From Lingula anatina (taxonomy: Eukaryota; Animalia; Brachiopoda): 64,000 nucleotides of DNA. The stretch covers positions 4,522,587-4,586,586 of the forward strand of contig CM120648.1 of assembly GCA_051362555.1 (NCBI GenBank), in the 5' to 3' direction. Both the position numbers and the translations under genes were made by a program. Numbering within the stretch: position 1 is the stretch's first letter; each line of letters opens with the position of its first letter. The notes beneath the pieces were generated by a model. The model saw nothing but the letters and a program-made list of their open reading frames with translations. It was not told the origin of the DNA and made no database searches. This document shows positions 54,078-64,000 of this stretch, piece by piece.

Positions 54078-57000
54078 ATTAGTGTGTGCATGTGGGTGAG
54101 TGCACACACTTACATTTAATGGACCTGTGCAGTTGAAATCTATTCTCCTTAATTTTCTATAAAAGAAAAATTGTTTGGAAAAAATGCATACCTGTATAGG
54201 CTGTGGTTGATTGATGATTTAATAATTCTTATGTAGCTGGCAGCCTCAGAGTGGCAGGGCGCAGAGTGAGGCCGAGAATCCTTGTATTCACTGATGGGAT
54301 CCCCAGTGATAGTGACACTGACTTTGGCTCTGATGATTTGACAACACCATCAGTTTCGGTAAAGATGGCTGAAAGTCTTCAAATGTTTTAAAACAATTAA
54401 CAAATGATAAAACTGAACTTTTCTTGTAAGCTGTGTTGGCAAATACCTGAAGATGTCAAAGAGCCTACTGAATTTATAAATAACTTGACTGCACTTTTAT
54501 CATTTCCAATAAACTAAAAAAAATGCAAGAATTGATGGCATGTCAGTTATAGATATGTTGTTTTAGATTTAAGAAAAACTCGTTTTGAGCAGATATGTTT
54601 AGCAGCACAAAATATAAAATCTACATGCCAATTCTTGTTCAATTTCAGGGTACTTACAAAGTGATGAGTGCGCTTCAGCTGTACTCAAAAAATGAACATG
54701 TATCAAACAAAGCCAAGATATCTTTCATAGCATGTGGAACCAATGCAAATAAGGTGGGTCAAAAAAGAGATGCGTTCAGACTGTGATGCTTTAGACCAGA
54801 TATAGTAGGTCTAACTTGAACCATCTGAAGCTGAAGTCAGCAATTTCAAAAGGGTAAGAGTGGGTATCATTTTCTGAAAAAGTGGACCTTTTTTACTCTG
54901 TACTTTAAACAGTTTAAGAAAAGGAGTATATCCTAGATCAAATTTTATTAAGAGCAGGGCTTTTCTGTGTCCAAAAAGTAGATAATTACTATATTTAAGT
55001 TATTATTTGAAGAAACTTTTTCCCCCAAGTGAGTTTTGTAATGCAGCTGATAAAAATCTTTGCTGCAAAACATTTAAAAAACAAAACATTTAAAAATTCT
55101 GAAATTGAGAACCATTTTAGCTGTCACCATGCCTACTGGTACAAACCATCTTTGTTATTTGTTCGTGCAGACTTTTATGGATTCTGCATCCCTGATAGTA
55201 GATGGACAATGCCTGGATGCTGGCAACACAGAGGACATGAGGGGTCTGGGGGCTTACTACAGGAGGATGGTCATGGCCTGCAGGTTTGCTGCTCCTTTCA
55301 AAAGTAAGTAATATATATTGGTATAATTGCATTGTTTTTATTCAATTTTTTTACATGTTTGTGCATTGCACCAATAACCATAAGGTAAATTGACAGTGTG
55401 TAAACTGAAATTTGATTTTTTTATACAAGTATTTCATCAAAGGCAGTTTTTTTAGAAACTACAGGTAGTAGAGTATGGGCCATTTTTCTTTGTACCCTTG
55501 CAGTATTTTTATATATATACGTAGTATGTGTCATATTTTAGCCACGGAGAGCATGCGTGAGCTGTGTCTTACAAGTTTTGACACATTCAAGCCATGGTTT
55601 CAAGCCACCAACACATTTTCACTCACAGAGGAGGACAAAACTGACCATGAACTGGTAAGTATTGAAATGTACAAATGTCAGCAATCATACAATGGCTTTT
55701 TCCCTCTGTCGAGGAGGTTATGTTTTTTTTAATAATCCTGTTTCACTTTTTTGGATCATATGGATTGATTGTTTCAATGTAATTATTCTATGGAATTGAA
55801 GCTGAGTTTGGGCATTTGAGGTAAAATTTTACATAACTTACAGGGTCGGATCCAGAGCTATTTTCTGACAGTCTTATAAATTATTTAATGAAAAATTGAT
55901 TAATTAACTAAATAGAAATGAAAACTGACATGCCTTGACAGAGGTCTGGGCTCTCTCAGGAGTGCTTTTCTAGTCTTAAACTTTTCATACTTTTGTCCAC
56001 AGAGAGAGATCTACCAATTACTTCTGGATATGAAAGAGGAGGACAGAAGACACCGTGAGGTAGAGGGGGAGGTGGACCCTACCTTACAGGTCTCCATTCC
56101 TATAGGTACACGTGTGGTGAGGGGGCCAGACTGGAAGTGGGGGAATCAAGATGGCGAAGGCCCGGGGACAGTCGTGGGTTATGCTAGAGGAAGTATGTTG
56201 TTTATTTTATGATAAGAACTGTTTGTTGTGTTAATTCAAACTGCTCCTAGGAGAAGATCAGTTTTTCCATCTCTGTGTTTCTACTTCCTAGCCCATCTCA
56301 CCTCAATTACCCTTCACCCCCACCCAATTCCTCCAGTCATCAACTCTCCCTCTGCCCTCCATGTTTTTTACTGGAACCAGACTGAAAATTGAGGTCATCA
56401 GAATGATTAGAACTTTAATGTTGTTATTATTCTATGGAGATGTTATGTCTTTTCTGATAAGTTAACATGCTTAAATGTGAATTGGAACACTCCACTTTTT
56501 TTGGGAAAATGTTAACACCTCTCTACCCCTCCACTCTCCCCTCCCCCCTCCTCCCAGATATGTAGTCAAATGTGTTGTCTCTGTTTGTAGGCTTGGTGCG
56601 AGTTCACTGGGATTACACAGACCATGACAACATCTACAGATATGGTGGCTCCGAGTGTGAATACGATGTATGGATTTGTGAGGAAGCAAAGAAAATGGAT
56701 GAGGGCAAGCTGATAGATGTGGGGGTTAGGGTGAAGAGAGGTAGGGAGCCATTAATATTGATGTTAATGTACCTTGTACTGGTAAAGTGAAACATGTTTA
56801 GTGAACTCTTTCTTTAAATGCAATTTTTTTTCCTTTGGTTCTTTGGTATAATACACGATGTGGAAGTGATTATAGTAATCAGATGCAGGTTTGTCTTTCT
56901 TTTCTTACTGAAGTTTTTTTTCTTTATTTATTAATTTTTGATGCATATTTTGAGGATTATTTATGGTGAATTATCCTTGTTTTGTTCATTTTTTTGTAGG

Positions 57001-59702
57001 CATGAAAATTAAATAAAAAAAAATTAAATCCAATGATAATAATTTTGATTTTCAGTTATAATATGATTATTTTCAGTTTTAATGATAAGGTTAAATTTTA
57101 ACGTGAATGTTTATATTCTTACTAAGGCCCTGACTGGAAATACGGTGACCAAGATGGGGGGAGCGGAACTATTGGTGTTGTGATTAAAGTTGAAGAAAAT
57201 GGAAAAGTGAAGGTACTTCATCATAACTTGTTCAATTTATTTATACTGTAATATTATCTGCCAAAAAAGGAACTTGTCTCATTTGTTCATTATAATGATC
57301 CCATTGCGACCATTTATTATTTATGTATAAGAATACTTGTTTAATTAGCAGAAATATTATAACTTTATCTGGATTTAATTGGATTTCCAGGTGCGGTGGC
57401 CTAATGGCAAAACCTGTATCTACAAGTTTGGATATGATGGAAAATTTGACCTAACAATTGTGTAAGTTAAGGTGATCTTTTCATGTACCAAGTGGAATCT
57501 CTCTCCAACAGAAAAAAAAGCTATTATTAAATTATTATATAAAAGAAGACTCATGGCAAAAACATTCTTGCTGTCACTTGTGCAGGCAGGCATACACACA
57601 CACACATGCATGCATGCATCTACACATAGACACACACACACTTTGTAAAGATATAGCACCCATTTTATGGTAGAATTACGGCAAATAAATTAGAAGCAAT
57701 ACAATGACAAGTATAATCAAAAGACGTAATAATATAAACTGTAATCAATTTAGTTTATTATGCATTTTCAAAGTCTACCAGTAATATGATGGTATTTGGA
57801 TGCAATTCTTTTTCAAGGTTATTTATTTATTTATTTATTTTTAGTGAAGATGAAGGAGCTGGTGGTACGGCATCAGGAGGAGCACCTCAAATGGATGAAG
57901 ATAGTAAGTATATTTTCTACAGTCTAATGATTTTTTTAAAGACAGGTTTTTTTTAGCGTGATGCTGTTGCTTGAACAAAGAAGTGTCTTTTACTTACCTT
58001 TAAATTAATATAATCTATTAATATACTTGCTAATAAAGCATTGATAAAATATTTTTGATATTGAAACAGGTACTTTAGTCTGTAATTATTTGAATCAGTT
58101 GAAAATTACAGTACTAGGATGCACTGCCATCAGTTTATCCAATTTTCCTTGTAATGAATAAGTAAATATATTGATATATTAGCAAATGAACCAACAGACA
58201 AGAATAAAACATTCTGGATATCATGCCAGTGCTGCAAGTAGCAGGTTTTCCTTTATTATGATTACACACACACAAAAAAGGGAAAAATTCATACACAATA
58301 TATTTATTTCATCTTGGTCTATATCTCTACACAGCTGCTGAAGTATATAATAGCAAATCATATAAGACATAGTGACTATAACGTGTTGTAAATTATTCCA
58401 GGTGGGATGATAGTGGTGTGGCAGTGGAAAAGTAATGGTGTGTGGTTAATGTACCCTGAGTACGTGTCCAGACAGTTAGAGCAGGTGTACAAGAGGGACA
58501 GGACAGGAAGTTGTAGTGTGGAGGTTCACTCACTGAGGTCAGTGTAAGACCCCATTCCCATACCTAGATCGACCTAGTAGGATCGTCACTTCTCCGAGGG
58601 GAGTGTCACTAAATTGCATTCAGCTTAAGTGGCTTAAATGTCTGGCACACCCACTGAAGCTGCTAAACAATAGTTTTAAAATTATCCCCTATTAGCTTCA
58701 ATAGGTGTGTCAGACATCAGAGCTGCTAATTAAAGCTGAATGCTTATTAGCGATCAACCCCCTAGGAAATGGGTCGATCCTGCTAGATCGATCTGGGTAT
58801 GGGAACGGGGTCTAAGGGCTAATTTCCAATGAAACTCTTGATCTACCAAGACCGATCCAACTCAATGGGGACTCTCACTGAATGTAATCAGATAAACAGA
58901 TAGACATGCCTCCTAGCATTGAGAAGAATGCAGAAAGCTGGTGATTTTGCAAGTATGTTGGAAACAAGAGAAGCCATATTTATCTGTTAAATTGATTGCA
59001 TTCAGTGAGATTCATTATGGAGTTAGATCAGTAAATGTTGTGGAATGATAGTTTTGTTGGGAATTAGCCCTAAGTCCCTCTTCACATTTTGAGGTTCACT
59101 TTTTATTATTCACACCATCTTGAAAGATTGCCTGGCCTTTACTTAAGACAGTCACTTAAACAGAGCCCCCCCCCCCCCCCCCAGGTCCAATTTGGATTGA
59201 TAAATTGGGACTTGTAATGGGTAATGTAACACCCTAAGCCATTTTTTAGACCAGTGAAACTGTTGTGGTACCAAAAACTGTACCGCCCAATTTTGAAAGA
59301 ATTTAGAAATAATATGTTGTATATGCGCTTTCTCCAGGCGACACATTAACTTCTCAAGCATGACAGACCATTGCAGTGACATTGATGAAACATTTGAAGT
59401 CCAGAGATTGGGTAAGAAATTAGCATGAAGCTTTTGGAAATTATGGAAAAGTAATTGTGTCAGTTTTTATTAATTAATTAATTAATTAATTAATTAATTA
59501 ATTAATTAATTAATTTTAGTGTGTGTAATATAATATATTTGGAGTTCTTACAAGCATTCTTGACTTGTGATGTACATTTGAAGATTTTTATATATAATAA
59601 GTATATTATAATATAACAATTTAGTTATAATATATATAAGAATTTTTAATTTGATTTGTTACAGTTATGACACAGGAAGAATATGAGGCATCAAAGGAAT
59701 GA
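44022..59702 (+). CDS. Gene B: coiled coil - CARD - TRADD-N-like - coiled coil - vWA - 2x MIB/HERC2 - WWE protein (about 25 exons)
   Basis: MSRSGR|[14 protein letters not shown] start. CARD ~49402-49689 ([36 protein letters not shown]...[26 protein letters not shown]...FLADAL). TRADD-N-like ~49986-50383 ([22 protein letters not shown]...[14 protein letters not shown]...[14 protein letters not shown]). v[35 protein letters not shown]2 [17 protein letters not shown] and [45 protein letters not shown]...INFSSM...VQR. Stop at 59700-59702. Confidence 0.85.
44049..44137 (+). repeat. Compound (TC)n(AC)n microsatellite
   Basis: Direct reading. Confidence 0.95.
46467..46984. mobile_element. Non-autonomous Harbinger-type element with ~155-bp TIRs
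   Basis: TTA|GGCTTCGTTCA...TGAACGAAGCC|TAA. Long arms, e.g. GATCACGGTCTGTGCCCTGAATATCCCGCGGC / GCCGCGGGATATTCAGGGCACAGACCGTGATC. Confidence 0.88.
47830..49142 (+). mobile_element. 5'-truncated non-LTR retrotransposon (Rex1/Babar-like LINE) with an uninterrupted RT ORF, in an intron of gene B
   Basis: ORF to 49028: [106 protein letters not shown] then a (TCTTA)n tail at ~49113-49142. No endonuclease domain visible. Confidence 0.9.
51580..51760 (+). repeat. Coding ~33-bp repeat ([11 protein letters not shown]-like, about 5-6 copies) in gene B
   Basis: CCACCTGGTGGTGAG recurs. Translation in ORF 50697-51926. Confidence 0.9.
58548..58812. mobile_element. Harbinger-type MITE (family 2)
   Basis: TAA|GACCCCATTCCCATACCTAGATCGACCTAGTAGGATCG...CGATCCTGCTAGATCGATCTGGGTATGGGAACGGGGTC|TAA. 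Confidence 0.85.
58816..59070. mobile_element. Harbinger-type MITE (family 1) abutting the previous MITE
   Basis: TAA|GGGCTAATTTCCAA...TTGGGAATTAGCCC|TAA. The internal sequence (GTATGTTGGAAACAAGAG, AAAGCTGGTGAT) is the reverse complement of the 15888 copy. Confidence 0.85.
59468..59513. repeat. (TAAT)n microsatellite
   Basis: Direct reading. Confidence 0.9.
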
Positions 59703-60699
59703 ACATTGGTCATTTCAGAATAAAATCTTAAGTTTGACATAAGTGTGGAAATACATTCATAAGACTGTCATGTTCTCATTCATGTGGAGTGGGAATGTGC
59801 CACAAAAATGGCATAAAACATCTACATTGTATATGCACATGTACAGAGTAGAACCCTTTCTTTAATCTATGCTCAGAAACCTTAAGGGTATATTTCATTT
59901 TCATTTTCGAATAGGAGAAGAATGCTTTTGTCAAACTTTTGCTTGATGTTTGCTTAGAAGTTTTAAAGGGATAACAACTCATCTTAGGAGATTCATATTT
60001 CATGATAAATAAATGTAGGAATGGATTCACTAACCATTGGTAATTATGCGAAAGTCATCGTTTACCCCAGGAAAATTTGTATTTTGACCAAAACAAACAG
60101 TTGTTATCCCTTTTATGTTTTTGCTGTTTCATTTTTTATTTATAAATGTGGTGGACTATATGACTTTGCTGTGATGTTATAACCACCTAAATTAAAATTA
60201 CTGGCAATAAATCTTACACGTTGTAAAAACACAATTCATTTAAACAAATGAATTACGGAGTAATTACATGTACTACATTTTGTATTTTGCGTTTATTACG
60301 AATGTTGCTTACATTATAATTGGTTTTCATACCAAATATTGCTTTATTTATTTGAAAAGACAGAATGCAGAAGTAGTGCAATATACCTTTTTTACAGTCA
60401 AATAACTGTCAGTGTTGTGTTTATAATGTAAATAAAATCCTTTATGCATTCGTGTTCCTCTTTTGTGTTTTATGCATGTACGTTTTATAACAATACATAG
60501 CGCGTTAGCAATCGACAACAAAAGATCGACAAACATTTTAAAACTTGGTCAATTAAGACTGCTTTTATTTTGAAAATCATGGGTTATTTATAATTTGAAA
60601 TAACTAATTGACAAGGAAAAGAAAAATGGTATGTAACAGAGCTGATTTGAACAATAATAGATAAATCGGTAAAATTAGCCGTGAAATGCAACAGCAGTC

Positions 60700-60890
60700 C
60701 ACAGGGGTCAAAGGTCATCGCAACTAGCGCACTGCTTGGGAGAAGAGGGGGTTTTTCTTTGATGTCACATGACTGGAATTTCCCAGTCCTTTAAATACAC
60801 TTCTGTACAGAACTAAAACTGAAAGAAATACTTATTGTGAAAAAGGATGCGTTTTTATGTTTGGTTGTCATTGCAAAGTGAAACATGGTC
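60700..60890 (+). promoter_or_regulatory. Putative promoter of gene C with NF-kB, IRF-like, M-box and DR1 motifs
   Basis: GGGTCAAAGGTCA ~60705-60717; GTCACATGAC 60764-60773; GGAATTTCCC 60775-60784; TTTAAATA ~60790; AAAACTGAAAG ~60815; GCAAAGTGAAACATGG ~60873, similar to GCAAAGTGAAAGAAACATGG at 43498. Confidence 0.45.
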
Positions 60891-61575
60891 TATTCAGGAT
60901 AATGGAATGTCATATTGCATTTAAGACGCACTGGGTTGGATTAAGTAGGCCCTATTGTGTAAATACAGGGGCAAGGACTGCATCAAAACACTTTGGGAGG
61001 GGACAATATTGAACAGGTGTAGGGTAAGTATGCCACAAGACAACGATGGGTGCCATTGTTTGTAGTGACTGAGCGGAATCCACTCTCTTGTACCAAATTT
61101 TACATTTGGAAAGTTTTAAATCAACGTCACAATAATGATTTGGTTAATCTTTACCAAAGTCCGAAGTACGTACATAGCCAACAGCGTTCAAAGGCATACA
61201 TGTATTTATGAACATTGCAATATCAGCGTCTCAACTGTTTATATGTATTATTTGAGTATATTAAAAAGTATATTTTACACATAATTCCTCTTAATGCACA
61301 TCAGTATACCGGTAAACTTTAAACATAAAAAGTACCTCACTGTCATTGTAAAATATGCTTGTGCTTATAATACCAGTATCTTATGTCAGGTGGCAATTGC
61401 AGGCTTCTTTGTTTGGGTTCAGTCCGCTCTAGCTAGGAAACAGATTTTTGAATAAAAATAAACAACGTACGTATGTTCGTCTACAGGTCTACATGTGTTT
61501 TATTAATATAGACTTTTCATTTATTTCTAACTTTGTTTACTAAGGTTGTGGAGGATAGACAACTAGTTGAAGAAA

Positions 61576-62869
61576 ATGAGTCGTTCCGGAAGAGTAAGCA
61601 AATCTCTCTCTCTCTGTCTCTCTCCGCACGAAAATGCAGTAGTGTCGAAGTAGCAAAGAAGCATTAACGCAGTAGTGGTGTGGAGCATATTTGCAGTAGA
61701 AATGCAGTATAGCCTACTGCAATTCTACTCCAAAAAGTACATAAGTTTGTACAGAGAGGAGCATTAATGCAGTAGATTAGCAGCATGATAGAAGCATGTT
61801 TCAAATATGCTAATTAGCTCCCAAATCGAAGCAGGTTTGAGGCATGTTTGCAGTATGATTGCAGTAGTCTACTGCGATGGAGTAGGCCTATCTACTGCGT
61901 TGTCGTGATCATCTCTCTCTCTCTGTGAAATGAATGCTCGCCACTTTTAGCAACATCGATTGGTTTAACTGTTCTTTATTAGATCAATAGGTGTTGCGCG
62001 TCAACAAAGAGCGCGGCAACGGTTTCACTTGCCATTGCAACGTATTAATGCTATCAACCGAGAGGGAAGATGATGAATATTTCAAATATAGTACGGATTT
62101 AAGACGAAATGATGAATATTTTGGAGTACCGGTAGCAAGGGGATTTTTACCAACTTCAGGGTTTTTCTTTTTAAAATACGATCGATTCAAAGCTCAAAGG
62201 TCATTAATCCAATATTTTTATTAAGCCTGCCTGCTGAGTGCATGACAAGTATTACGCACGTAGTACATGTATATGGTTAACCTGTATCTCTAGGGCATAT
62301 AATAATCACACATTAAACAATGTTTATTTTCCCTTTAATAATTACAATATATAACAAAATCTCGTAATACCAGTATCATTTAATCCGTCACGGGTTTGTT
62401 AAATGAAAAGCATGAATTATCCTTTTGATTGATTTTATCTGACCACATTTCAGAGAACACCGCCTCTGATGCAAGCCCAAAGGATGGCCAATGCGAACGC
62501 CGAGGGCGACGCCAGCTTTCTCGCACAGTTACTAGCTGTGCGGCAGTCAGGGGGAGGAGCTGGTGTAGGGGTAGGTATCTTACTTGGTCAAGTTAAAAAA
62601 TTTAATTTAAAGGGAACTGTAAAGATATTATTCTTTTTTAATCCAAAACAAAATTGTTACCTTAATTAATTGATAACCATGTGCATGACTGAACTGAGTT
62701 ATATAAGCTAAGCAGATTATTCAAAAGAATCAGTAAAAACTCATGTTTCTGCAAAATATAATGATTGAACATTTTATATGCCTTACACAGCTTTAAAATT
62801 GGACATTTTTTCTCTTTACTTTAATGCCATTACTTTTTAATAAAAATAACCCTTTCACTGTGTATTTAA

Positions 62870-62926
<57 letters not shown>

Positions 62927-63764
62927 ATAACATAAAAGTAGCGACAGAGAAGCATTATAACTTTCATCACAACAGTGAAAGTAGAATAGAAGCTATAGGA
63001 AGGAATGTGCCATTAAATATTTTTTTCATGATTTCAGGGAGTATTTGAGAGAATTAACGGACTCGAAGAAGCAGTCACGATCCTTCAGTCAGATATGGTA
63101 GATGCTAAAAAACAGTTACTGGGTGCGCATGCGCAGATTATGAGTTTTTTTTAAATAATGCATCATTTCTCAATTGAAAGTGAAAGTCATAAGCAAGGCA
63201 TTGATAAATAAAGAGAGCGCCTTGTATGGAAACAGTACATTTTAATTTTCAAAAGAATATTTTGGCTATAGGGGGCAGTGCCATCTTCCAACCAGGAGAA
63301 ACCTTAAGGCATTTACAGACATCATAAATTTACCACGAACTTTTTTATATTGACGTTTGTGCATATACGTACCGTTTTTATTATTTATTTTATTAATTAT
63401 TTTTTTTAATTGTTGTGTATGTGTGTGAAAGAGGGAGAGAGAGAAAGAGAGAGAAAGAGAAAGGGAGCATGTTATATTTTTCAGCTATTCGCAAAAAAAA
63501 AAAAAAAAAAAAATTAAGAGACAATAACTCACAGAATAATCCTTTCAGAGATGACTTTGTCCCTAGAGAATATTAAGCGTGACAACGATAACCCCAAATT
63601 GGATCTTGAAATGCAAGAATTACGACAAAGAGTTCACGGACTGGAAACCCAGCTCGACACTTGGGGGCATTTTGAAGACGAATCCATTCGAAGCATACCG
63701 GATCAATTGGAGGGCCTTGGTGACTGTGACATTAACGATGGAGATAGGATTGCCAGTACAGAAG
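61576..63764 (+). CDS. Gene C: 5' exons of a paralogue of gene B; continues beyond the window
   Basis: Exons 61576-61593 (MSRSGR), 62454-62570 (RTPPLMQAQRMANANAEGDASFLAQLLAVRQSGGG), 63038-63122 and 63549-63764. They match gene B exons 1-4 (MSRSGR; [34 protein letters not shown]; [10 protein letters not shown]; QELRKDV) in sequence and intron phase. Confidence 0.8.
61627..61907. mobile_element. Small TIR element (CAC...GTG ends) with internal TGCAGTAG repeats, inserted in a (TC)n tract
   Basis: CACGAAAATGCAGTAG vs CTACTGCGTTGTCGTG (2 mismatches). Many GCAGTAG/CTACTGC subterminal repeats. TC repeats on both sides. Confidence 0.55.
62868..62923 (+). repeat. (TTA)n microsatellite
   Basis: Direct reading. 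Confidence 0.95.
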
Positions 63765-64000
63765 GTGGGGATTTATACTACAATTAAGTTTCACATCTAT
63801 TATTTCCTTCCTGGGTGATTTCATTCAGTCTTATCCGGCCATCGTGGTCAAATTGTTAAGCATGACAATGTTATTGTCGAACATTTTTCTTGAATCTTAA
63901 CAGTCATTCAGGCTTTCTGCACGTAGGTGGATGGTACATGCGTAAGTACGTTCAAATGTTTCTCAAAACGACGACCAATTCATCTTATTTAACTCTAAAC

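Noticed and set aside
29640-59702. Calling genes A and B MIB1/MIB2 or HERC2 orthologues
   Set aside because: They share only the MIB/HERC2 domain. No ZZ finger, ankyrin, RING, RCC1 or HECT domain is seen.
62824-63048. Poly-Leu 'signal peptide' ORF
   Set aside because: Product of the (TTA)n microsatellite in a gene C intron.
1-64000. tRNA, rRNA or snoRNA genes
   Set aside because: None recognised by eye. A tRNAscan-SE or Infernal search would be needed to exclude them.

Overview
AT-rich, intron-rich animal genomic DNA, not prokaryotic. The gene and repeat content suggests a lophotrochozoan invertebrate, possibly a mollusc (inference). Genes were rebuilt by hand from GT/GC-AG splice sites, so exon edges may be a few nt off. 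Left to right: (1) a Helentron/HINE-like element with five 145-bp monomers, inside an intron of a minus-strand gene whose first exons resemble a myristoylated metacaspase/C14-like protein; (2) PLEKHM1-like (RUN + Rubicon-homology), head-to-head with it; (3) a small secreted Caspr-type fibrinogen-like protein; (4) SLC25A35-like; (5) DDI1/2 with a UBA domain and a candidate UBA-deleting microexon; (6) a paralogue cluster filling the right half. In that cluster genes A (-) and B (+) are divergent, each encoding coiled-coil/low-complexity N-terminus, CARD, TRADD-N-like, coiled coil, vWA (MIDAS) and 2x MIB/HERC2, plus WWE in B. The 5' part of a third copy, C, starts at ~61.6 kb. A and B appear to share a ~180-bp bidirectional promoter with CRE, NF-kB-like and IRF-like motifs, and A carries a tandem array of LC8-type TQT motifs. 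This putative innate-immune/cell-death adaptor family is the most novel-looking system here. TEs include a 5'-truncated Rex1/Babar-like LINE, six Harbinger-type MITEs with TAA/TTA flanks, and a Tc1/mariner fossil. Domain calls come from motif recognition only; no database search was run.
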